IMG/VR virus record: IMGVR_UViG_3300027770_000048
Strand: one strand, 5' to 3'
DNA from: a virus
Lineage: Duplodnaviria > Heunggongvirae > Uroviricota > Caudoviricetes
Length of the DNA: 64,000 nt
Under the pieces are notes generated by a model. The model was not told where the DNA came from and did no database searches. It saw only the letters and a list, made by a program, of their open reading frames with translations. A program made the position numbers and the translations under genes. Below are positions 57,501 to 64,000 of the stretch, one piece after another (the first letter of the stretch is position 1; each line of letters starts with the position of its first letter).

Positions 57501-57699
57501 TCCAAATTTCTTAGTAGTAGATGAAGGATTTGGAACATTAGACGCAGATAATTTATCATCTTTATTTATGATGATGCAATATCTTAAAACTCAATTTGAT
57601 TTCATTTGGGTTATTTCTCACTTAGAACAAATGAGAGATATCGTAGATGGATTGATAGAAATAAAAAAAGTAAATGGGTTTAGTAAGATTGATTTCTAA
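54550..57699 (+). CDS. fused SbcD(Mre11)-SbcC(Rad50) nuclease-ATPase
   Basis: N-terminal phosphoesterase motifs IADVHI, GDIAH, GNHD, FHGP, GDIH, GSL; then Walker A FAPNAQGKSSIFDAISF, CKFC zinc hook inside the coiled coil, signature CSGMEKFVSGLA, Walker B FLVVDEGFGTLD, H-loop ISHLEQM. Confidence 0.85.
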   Translation: MSSKLKTIYHIADVHIRNVKRHKEYRQVFEKMFEEIRKRGTEDAIIYLAGDIAHAKLEMSPELVNEISWLFKECAKTCPTILITGNHDCNMNNMDRMDVLTPLVDALELKDFYYLRDTQVFSIGGIDFSVFSILDNKDNWISADKMFGNKKIALFHGPVDNSQTDIGYVVSSRHFTTDIFDGFDLALLGDIHKRQEMISPKGCKVVYAGSLLQQNFGETLDRHGFLAWDLDTMTYEEIDIQNDYGYYTMDIDNGKVPVVNDMPKHPRLRVRLSNTDTADTKKVIAEIKMKYGVDDFTIIRTDSLSKKKTGDRGNKLDFENIADINYQNSLINEYVERMMPFVDAKDLGELEKINRDVNSRITHEETLRNIYWKPIRFEFSNMFSYGEDNKIDFNKLNGLMGLFAPNAQGKSSIFDAISFCLYDKSSRAFKAQNILNNRKQDFSCHLHFQIEGIDYHIERTAKTINKGKNVKVDVQFYRQDGDDKVSLNGTERRDTNTVIEQYVGKYEDFVLTALSLQGNNSIFIDKSQSERKDLLAQFMGLNVFDKLYETGIEDIKEVSVLIKNFKKNDFTTELADKANDLKEKKGELKELDNELTRLNADKDGLDSVILDLSRNLTPIDGNLDLPTLEAKRDDLKLQLEQLEKDYETKEVKIEEYTNLLTELSQSIEDRKTINDTPIEDSIKQYDIALNSKKNTGHYIQLLEQTIESNQKKISHLDSHEYDPNCKFCCDNVFVKDAMKAKEDIIKQGDEMETLNISYDALLNQITLFGDIETQWNEYSDLKTKWSKGNVIKEKTQAELTGLDTKKELLEIQLDSVEDDIEKYYENEDTIQSNKELESQIKQLETEKKSFELDIKDISKQIATTNGSISSLQTYIDSIKQKMNEVKDLEEKNRLYTYYLDAVKRDGIPYELISKALPVIENEVNNILAQVVDFGVTMEMDGKSINAKIVYEDQEWPLEMCSGMEKFVSGLAIRVALINVCNLPRPNFLVVDEGFGTLDADNLSSLFMMMQYLKTQFDFIWVISHLEQMRDIVDGLIEIKKVNGFSKIDF

Positions 57700-57865
57700 G
57701 AACGACCTTATCAGCCTTCAACACACTAGATTGTGGTTTTGAGACACCGACGTGTTTCTTGATTAGATTTTCAACTAGACTACCCATTTTAAACCCGTGT
57801 TCTTCACAATATCCTTTGAGAAGTTCATGGGTTTCTTTTTTGATTTGTAACATTGCGTATTTCAT
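57680..57865 (-). CDS. small ribbon-helix-helix/Arc-like DNA-binding protein (putative)
   Basis: Only convincing minus-strand gene; MLQIKKETHELLKGYCEEHGFKMGSLVENLIKKHV fits the RHH beta-strand-helix-helix pattern; divergent from the tail fibre gene. Confidence 0.4.
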   Translation of the reverse strand: MKYAMLQIKKETHELLKGYCEEHGFKMGSLVENLIKKHVGVSKPQSSVLKADKVVLRNQSY

Positions 57866-57871
57866 AACTTA

Positions 57872-57916
57872 TTTAGTTTTCTTTAGTATTATATAATGTA
57901 TATTAGTTTTCTTTAG
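57872..57916. promoter_or_regulatory. direct repeats in the divergent intergenic region (candidate operators)
   Basis: ttagttttctttag at 57872-57885 and 57903-57916. Confidence 0.4.
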
Positions 57917-57966
57917 ATAAATATGACATAATTCTTTTTTTAGAGATATTTATTTAAAAAGATTAA

Positions 57967-60900
57967 ATGGCAGTTATACAAAAAACTTTATTTGCTAAAA
58001 ATTTAGATAGATACGCCACATTGGTAAACGATACGGAGGCCGGTAGTAAATATTTCAAAATAACAGAATTACCCGATACGTTTACAGGAGGTAAGAATGC
58101 ATTTTTAGTAGCTGGTGGTCCTGAATTAGTTGGTGACACAAAAATACAAATCGAACTTAAAGATTCAAACGGAAATATAATTTACCACGAACCCGCAGAA
58201 GGTTTGATATCATCTTCTATAAATGGAGAAAATTTTGTAACCGAATACTATGAAGGTATTTCTAAAGTTGTTTCTGTTTACATTTATCCAGATACGGCAT
58301 ATGGTGCATGTACCCTTACAATATTAGGTGAATTAAGTCAATATATTGATGAAAATGGTATTACTCAAATAGTTCCTGCAGATTGGGAAAACAAATATAA
58401 TGTTAAATGGCAAAAAACTATAAACGTAAATCCATCACTTGCTAATACTACAAAGATTAGGTTTTATCAAAGACCACAAGCCACAATTACTGAAATATTA
58501 AATCCTATTTACACAATAGTTAGTGGTAGCAAAGTTGCAAGTGCGGTTACTCAATCATTTGCAGATATTAAACTTTCAAAATTAGAAACATTTGCAGGGG
58601 ATGTAAAAAGAGTTAAAGTATTTAGAACATCCGAAGGTGATATATCGGATTATAATTTGATACAAGATATATTAGTTGAATCAAAAGAATTATTAACATC
58701 ATATGGTTTGTCAGGAAGTGTAATAGGCCAAACAGGTATACTAACATCGGAAACACTTAAAAATTATTGGAACACCGGTTCATTAAATGCATTTCTTACA
58801 TCCAGTAGAGTTGAAAGTGGTGTTAGATTAACAGGTAGTGGGTATTTTACATATACATCATCTTTAGATATAAAAAGTGCAAATACTTACGAATTAAATT
58901 TGGATGCATTTTATTCGGCATCTACCGCGAGTAATTTAGGAATTTATTTAGTTTCAGGTTCAACAAGTAGTAGTATTGCAACTTTAACTGGAACAGCTCC
59001 TACAAAAAATTTATTAGATACAGTAATACCATTCAAAATAACAAAAGACTATCCATCGGCCAGTTTATATTTTTCACAATCGCGAGGGGAGTGGCATTTG
59101 GGAAACATTAGTTTGAAATTGTCACAAGATACAGCATTTTCACCGGATGAAATTTCGTTTGTTACAACAATGCCAACGGATATTAATAATCAAACTTATA
59201 ATTTCAAATTTGAATTTTATGATGTAAATAATAACTATGTACCTGTGGCAGTAACTCAAAGTGCAGTATTTACAGGGGGTAATGTAGCTGCTACCGCTAA
59301 ATTATTAACATTTCAAACCGATAGAAGTGCATTTAGATTTAGTACAGGTTCATATGGTAATCCTGCAAATCAAACAGTTAAATTTTCAACACTAAAAACT
59401 AATTTAACAGGTTCCGTAACATATGCGTCATCTGCGTTTGATATTAGTGGAAATTATATTACACCCGTAAGTTATGCTGGAACTTATCCAGGTACGTTAA
59501 CAAATGTGAGTGATAATGGTGCACTATTAACTATTGCTAATTTTAGTGGAAGTGTTGCAAATACAATAATTGGTTCAATTGTTTATACGGCGTCATGTGA
59601 GAATTTTATAGAATTTGAAACCATTTATAGATTTGAAGATGGTGATAATGCACCTGGTGTGTTTGTCACTTCAAATACAAATCAATTTATTTATAAAGCA
59701 ACAGACTTATCTCTAAATCCATCAGGACAAATAATAACAATAGAAGCTAAACGTAAAAATTTAGCATCGGCAGTAATACCATTAACTGTAAATTCTGGAA
59801 GTGGAAAGCCTGGATTAACTTTTGTTTCTACCAATGCAACTAATGGTGTAGATACATATACAATATCGGGAACATCATATCCACATTCAACAGGTGAAAC
59901 AATTTATTCTATTTCCGGTTCTGACCAATTTGGTAATGTTTTTTCTGATGCAATTAAAATAAGTCCTGTCAAAATATTAGATGGTTTTTCAGTTGCAGTA
60001 AGTAATGAAAACACATCATTCCCTGCACTTTCAATAGGAACGGTGGTTGGTGGATTTGCTGCAAGTAGTGGTTCTATAACAGTTAAAGTTGGTAATGAAA
60101 CTATAAATTATTCATCAACATTTGTAACCAATTCATTTAGTGCAAGTATTTCGGCATTTAGTAATTTGACTCCAAATACATTTAACGGAACAAGTTATTC
60201 AATAAACGCTTTAAGTGCAGATAGTGGTTCTTTGACATTATTAGTAAAATATAAAGATGGTGGTGGAACTATAATAAGTTCTTCAAAAGATATAACATAT
60301 TCAAAAGCAAAAATAGGAACTCCAAATGTTGTTATAGCAGTATCACCCACTTCACAAACATTAGTATCAAATTCAAAGGGTAGTGGTTCAACAATCCCAT
60401 CAGCGTTAAGTATTACTGCATTAGAAGGTAGTACATCCAGATTTACATCAATTGGTACTCCTACTTATACAGGAGGATTAGCAGGTAGTGTTTCAACCAA
60501 TACAATAACGTTTAGCTCAAACGCATCAACAATGTATTCGGATTCAGGTAGTGTTACTATTCCTGTAAATTATACCGATAGTGAAGGTACAACTGGAACA
60601 AAAAATATTGTTGCAAATATATCAAAAGCAAAAGCTGCTGCACCAACTACATTGGCATTATTATCATCAGAAACACAAACTATATTAAGTAGTTCTGCCG
60701 GTTTTGCAACACCTGCAACATTTACAACAAGTGTAAATGAAGGTGGTTCCAATTATTCATATGATGCAAGCTTAGCAAGCAATAGTACATATTATGTTTC
60801 ATCTATAACGGGTGGTTCTAATAGTAGTGGAACAATAACACCAACGACACCAACGACAACAACCGGTACAACGGTTTCTTTAACTATATCGTATAAAAAT

Positions 60901-62637
60901 TCAGAAGGAACAACTGGTACTATAACTAAAACACATAAAGTTGGTGTTTCATTAGAAGGAGTAAAGGGTACGGATGGTTCAAATGGTGCACCGGGAGGTA
61001 CTGGTGCCGATGGTAAAAGAACTGCGGCAAATATGGTACACTATCAGTTATCATCAGCAACGGCACCGGCAACACCCACTGCAACATCATATACTTTTGC
61101 AACAAATGTATTTACAGGACTTACGGCGAATTGGGGGTTGGGTGCACCTACATATGCAAGTGGAAATTCTAACAAATATTGGTATTCAACTTATACAGTA
61201 GTTGAAACTACTGCAGGTGGTGGAACAGGAACACCTACATTTGGTACTCCGATTCAAGCGATTGGATTTAGTGGATTGGTTTCATTTACGGCTCCAAATA
61301 ATGTTGGTGATGGTACTAATGCTCTTTCATTTGGAGTAGCGGGTGCAACTTTAATAAATGGTAGTAACATATCAACGGGTATTATAAAATCTACAAATTT
61401 CGACTATGGTGGAGCAGATACGGATGTAAGTGGTTCTTATATGGATGCCGGTACCATATTTAATTTAGATACTGGTTCTTTAAGAAGTAAAAATTTTTAT
61501 ATAAGTTCTACGGGTGATGCATTTTTTAAAGGAACTCTTAATGCAGCAGGAGGTACTTTTGCCGGAAATCTTTCTGCAGCAGGAGGTACTTTTGCCGGAA
61601 ATCTTTCTGCAGCAGGAGGTACATTTAGTGGAAATCTTTCTGCAGCAGGAGGTACATTTAGTGGAGCACTTAGTGGTGGTACAATTTCAATAGGAACTGC
61701 TCCTAATATTTTTAAAGCAGATGCTAATGGAATTTATTTAGGAGATGCTACATTTGCTTCCGCTCCTTTTAGAGTAACTCCCGGCGGAGCTTTAACTGCA
61801 ACCTCTGCAACAATTACTGGTACTATAACTTCAACTGTGGGAACAATTGGGGGTTGGAAAATTGGTAATACTTTTTTAAGTAGTAGTAATGGTAAAATAA
61901 TTTTCAATTCATCAACTCCAGAAATATCATATACTGGTGGAACGAATGCAAATTTTAAACTTTCTACTGGATTAATAAATGATATGGCATCGAGTTCTGA
62001 AACTTTAGTAAGTACAACATATATGGGTGATGGTGGTATGATTTTTTTGGGTGCTAGAGATGGTTCGGATAATTTAAAAAACTATATGAGATTTGATAAT
62101 TATGGTGAGTATACAAGAGCTCTTTTTTATGATAATGGGGCAACGACTTACACCGATGAAATCGTTTGGATATATAAAGCTACCGATTCAAATTCAGCAG
62201 CTCTAAAAGTGGGAGGTGGTGGTATTTTAATTGACGGAGTTAGTACTTCAAATGCTGGATATGTTTTACGAGGTAGTGGAGATGCTACCTTTACAGGAGA
62301 TGTTACAGCAAATACATCCGATGGTAGATTAAAAACAAATATAGTTAATATAGATTCTCCATTAGAAAAAATATCAAAAATTAATGGTGTATATTTTAAT
62401 TGGAATGAATTAGCAAAAGAATTAACTGATAAAGATACAACAAAAAGAGAAGTTGGCTTTATTGCACAAGAAGTACAATCGGTGATGCCAGAAATAATTA
62501 AACCGGCAGCATTTGATGTTAAGCTAAAAACCGGTGAAAATTATTTAACAATTCAATACGAAAAAATAGTTCCACTTTTAGTAGAGTGTATAAAGGAATT
62601 AAAATCAGAAATTGAAGAATTAAAAAAGAATAGATAA
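57967..62637 (+). CDS. long tail fibre protein with C-terminal S74 intramolecular chaperone domain
   Basis: C-terminus TSDGRLKTNIVNIDSPLEKISKINGVYFNWN...GFIAQEVQSVMPEII...LTIQYEKIVPLL; collagen-like GTDGSNGAPGGTGADG; AAGGTF(A/S)GNLS x4. Confidence 0.8.
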   Translation: MAVIQKTLFAKNLDRYATLVNDTEAGSKYFKITELPDTFTGGKNAFLVAGGPELVGDTKIQIELKDSNGNIIYHEPAEGLISSSINGENFVTEYYEGISKVVSVYIYPDTAYGACTLTILGELSQYIDENGITQIVPADWENKYNVKWQKTINVNPSLANTTKIRFYQRPQATITEILNPIYTIVSGSKVASAVTQSFADIKLSKLETFAGDVKRVKVFRTSEGDISDYNLIQDILVESKELLTSYGLSGSVIGQTGILTSETLKNYWNTGSLNAFLTSSRVESGVRLTGSGYFTYTSSLDIKSANTYELNLDAFYSASTASNLGIYLVSGSTSSSIATLTGTAPTKNLLDTVIPFKITKDYPSASLYFSQSRGEWHLGNISLKLSQDTAFSPDEISFVTTMPTDINNQTYNFKFEFYDVNNNYVPVAVTQSAVFTGGNVAATAKLLTFQTDRSAFRFSTGSYGNPANQTVKFSTLKTNLTGSVTYASSAFDISGNYITPVSYAGTYPGTLTNVSDNGALLTIANFSGSVANTIIGSIVYTASCENFIEFETIYRFEDGDNAPGVFVTSNTNQFIYKATDLSLNPSGQIITIEAKRKNLASAVIPLTVNSGSGKPGLTFVSTNATNGVDTYTISGTSYPHSTGETIYSISGSDQFGNVFSDAIKISPVKILDGFSVAVSNENTSFPALSIGTVVGGFAASSGSITVKVGNETINYSSTFVTNSFSASISAFSNLTPNTFNGTSYSINALSADSGSLTLLVKYKDGGGTIISSSKDITYSKAKIGTPNVVIAVSPTSQTLVSNSKGSGSTIPSALSITALEGSTSRFTSIGTPTYTGGLAGSVSTNTITFSSNASTMYSDSGSVTIPVNYTDSEGTTGTKNIVANISKAKAAAPTTLALLSSETQTILSSSAGFATPATFTTSVNEGGSNYSYDASLASNSTYYVSSITGGSNSSGTITPTTPTTTTGTTVSLTISYKNSEGTTGTITKTHKVGVSLEGVKGTDGSNGAPGGTGADGKRTAANMVHYQLSSATAPATPTATSYTFATNVFTGLTANWGLGAPTYASGNSNKYWYSTYTVVETTAGGGTGTPTFGTPIQAIGFSGLVSFTAPNNVGDGTNALSFGVAGATLINGSNISTGIIKSTNFDYGGADTDVSGSYMDAGTIFNLDTGSLRSKNFYISSTGDAFFKGTLNAAGGTFAGNLSAAGGTFAGNLSAAGGTFSGNLSAAGGTFSGALSGGTISIGTAPNIFKADANGIYLGDATFASAPFRVTPGGALTATSATITGTITSTVGTIGGWKIGNTFLSSSNGKIIFNSSTPEISYTGGTNANFKLSTGLINDMASSSETLVSTTYMGDGGMIFLGARDGSDNLKNYMRFDNYGEYTRALFYDNGATTYTDEIVWIYKATDSNSAALKVGGGGILIDGVSTSNAGYVLRGSGDATFTGDVTANTSDGRLKTNIVNIDSPLEKISKINGVYFNWNELAKELTDKDTTKREVGFIAQEVQSVMPEIIKPAAFDVKLKTGENYLTIQYEKIVPLLVECIKELKSEIEELKKNR
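61543..61674 (+). repeat. 4 x 33-bp in-frame tandem repeat within the tail fibre gene
   Basis: gcagcaggaggtacttttgccggaaatctttct repeated four times with minor variation. Confidence 0.8.
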
Positions 62638-62638
62638 A

Positions 62639-63814
62639 ATGGCGTTACAAAGTACCGGGCCGATATCGATGAAAAATATTAAAGATGAATTGGGTTCTAC
62701 ATCTAATATATTAAGAGTATATTCCGAAGCTGCAGGTAAAACTGCACCTCATAGTATAAAAGAATTTTTAGGATATAGTGCAGTTGCACCAACAACAACT
62801 ACTACCACTACAACTACTACCACTACAACTGCTGCACCAGCACAAGCTACATTCACAGGATTTGTAAGTATAGTAGATACTGATACGGCTTGTGCAGGAG
62901 GTGAATACGGACTTGTTACAATTACTGTTTATGGAACAAATTTGTGTGATGCATCATCGGTACGTTCATTATCATCTGTATTATACGGTAATGTTTATAA
63001 TGATTTTGGTAATAATGAGACATTCTATATAGCTCGCCTAGGTAATGCTAGAGAATTCCAACGCAATGGTTCTGCAGAAAATGGTACACCACAAACGGCT
63101 TGTGTATCTTGTCCAACAACTACGACTACAACAACTGCTGCACCGACTACCACAACTACGACAACTGCAGCACCGACAACTACGACTACAACTGCGGCAC
63201 CAACTACAACTACGACTACAACTGCAGCACCACCACCATACAGTTTCTTGGTTACTAATGGTAGACTAAATTCAAGTCTTGCTTGTGCAACAACAGCTAA
63301 ACCTAATACTTTATATTCTTATGACTCTGACTTTAGTTTAGCAGATAGATTCTATGATACAAACACTTATCCATATACACCATTTGATGGTGACGATAGA
63401 TGGTATGGTAATGGAGTTTATGCTGTTCAAATTAATACTAGTGGTTATCCAATAGATTCAATAACTTGTCCAGTTCCAACAACTACGACTACAACGACTG
63501 AAGCACCGACTACTACGACTACAACTGCAGCACCGACAACTACGACTACAACGACTGAAGCACCGACTACTACGACTACAACGACGGCGGCACCTTGTGA
63601 ATGTTGGACAATAGTTAACGAAGGAGCAGGAACTGGTAATTATTCTTATGATAGATGTAGTGATGGAACTACACTAAATAGAAACATTAATTCAGGATTT
63701 ACTCAGACAGTTTGTGCAAAAGGAGGAACTAATCCGTTTGCAAATACAGGAACATTAACATTATATCCTTGTGGTACTCCTTGTAATACTAATCCTGATT
63801 GTGCTGCTTGTTAA
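62639..63814 (+). CDS. Thr-rich mucin-like repeat protein with Cys-rich C-terminal domain
   Basis: Three poly-Thr/AAPTTTTTT linker arrays; C-terminus CECWTIVNEG...CSDGTT...CAKGG...CGTPCNTNPDCAAC. Confidence 0.55.
   Translation: MALQSTGPISMKNIKDELGSTSNILRVYSEAAGKTAPHSIKEFLGYSAVAPTTTTTTTTTTTTTAAPAQATFTGFVSIVDTDTACAGGEYGLVTITVYGTNLCDASSVRSLSSVLYGNVYNDFGNNETFYIARLGNAREFQRNGSAENGTPQTACVSCPTTTTTTTAAPTTTTTTTAAPTTTTTTAAPTTTTTTTAAPPPYSFLVTNGRLNSSLACATTAKPNTLYSYDSDFSLADRFYDTNTYPYTPFDGDDRWYGNGVYAVQINTSGYPIDSITCPVPTTTTTTTEAPTTTTTTAAPTTTTTTTEAPTTTTTTTAAPCECWTIVNEGAGTGNYSYDRCSDGTTLNRNINSGFTQTVCAKGGTNPFANTGTLTLYPCGTPCNTNPDCAAC
63113..63235 (+). repeat. degenerate ~27-30-bp tandem repeats encoding (A)APTTTTTT
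   Basis: ccgac(a/t)actacgactacaac(t/g)gc(a/g)gca units; a second array lies at 63476-63594. Confidence 0.7.
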
Positions 63815-63823
63815 ATAAAAGTT

Positions 63824-64000
63824 ATGAAAGATTTAAGATTTATATGTGCTCAACCCGCAATTCCATATTACACTTGGCAGGTTGAAGTAATGATACACAA
63901 TTTTATTGAAATGGGTGTTAATCCAAATAATATGGATGTGATTTGTTATGCTGAAAATGGAATTATTACCGAACAGTGGACTAAGTTAGCAGAAAGATAC
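63824..64000 (+). CDS. hypothetical protein, N-terminal fragment (continues past window)
   Basis: ATG 63824, MKDLRFICAQPAIPYYTWQVEVMIHNF..., open to window end. Confidence 0.4.
   Translation, partial: MKDLRFICAQPAIPYYTWQVEVMIHNFIEMGVNPNNMDVICYAENGIITEQWTKLAERY

Noticed and set aside
60974-61201. + strand ORF inside the tail fibre gene, and the 63045-63269 ORF inside the Thr-rich gene
   Set aside because: Alternative-frame readings of repeat DNA (His/Gln/Leu-rich). The main frames are supported by domain content.
1-64000. CRISPR arrays, rRNA genes, integrase or att sites
   Set aside because: No regularly spaced direct repeats with unique spacers, no rRNA-like conserved segments, and no tyrosine or serine recombinase motifs were seen.

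Overview
The window is a contiguous 64 kb piece of a tailed dsDNA phage genome. It is AT-rich (roughly 30% GC by eye) and gene-dense, with short or overlapping gene junctions (TAATG/ATGA) and essentially every gene on the + strand. The single exception is a small minus-strand ribbon-helix-helix-like ORF at 57680-57865.

Layout:
- 1-20 kb: many small early-type ORFs, plus a UvdE UV-damage endonuclease, a GIY-YIG mini-nuclease, an HExxH protein, a long iteron-like non-coding region and two GC-elevated structured intergenic regions.
- 20.3-22.2 kb: a tail-fibre/spike-like gene with a C-terminal S74 intramolecular-chaperone domain.
- 22.3-34.8 kb: an accessory enzyme module containing a SET-domain protein, sulfotransferase-like, two 2OG-Fe(II) oxygenase-like proteins, two SGNH hydrolases, an HD phosphohydrolase, Hsp20, an NMNAT-like nucleotidyltransferase, peptide deformylase, a sigma-like protein and a NodU/CmcH-family carbamoyltransferase.
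- 35-53 kb: baseplate/tail module (gp25/GPW-like, baseplate-J-like, a 1756-aa LamG-containing giant protein, paralogous fibre-like proteins).
- 53-57.7 kb: T7 endonuclease I homolog, Zn-ribbon/TOPRIM primase and a single-chain fused SbcD(Mre11)-SbcC(Rad50).
- 58-64 kb: a 1556-aa tail fibre (33-bp tandem repeats, collagen-like stretch, S74 chaperone) and a Thr-rich mucin-like, Cys-rich protein.

A conserved ~32-bp element (TTTGGTAATGTCAAAAATTTGTCGTATATTTA) recurs nine times immediately upstream of genes. It fits the Bacteroidetes sigma-A architecture (-33 TTTG, ~20-nt spacer, -7 TAnnTTTR) with very short or absent leaders. The host is therefore probably a Bacteroidetes (Flavobacteriia-like) bacterium; this is an inference.

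The most unusual observations are:
- a pair of 25-bp GC-rich inverted repeats, unique in the window, facing inward at 11151-11175 and 20185-20209, bracketing a 9 kb block of moron-like genes and candidate structured RNAs;
- a carbohydrate-decoration-like enzyme module with Nod-factor-style logic (carbamoyltransferase + sulfotransferase-like + esterases + oxygenases), next to a viral SET-domain protein and an NMNAT-like/HD pair.

No rRNA, canonical tRNA, CRISPR array, integrase or transposase was recognised. All calls rest on motif reading by eye; no database search or computation was run.
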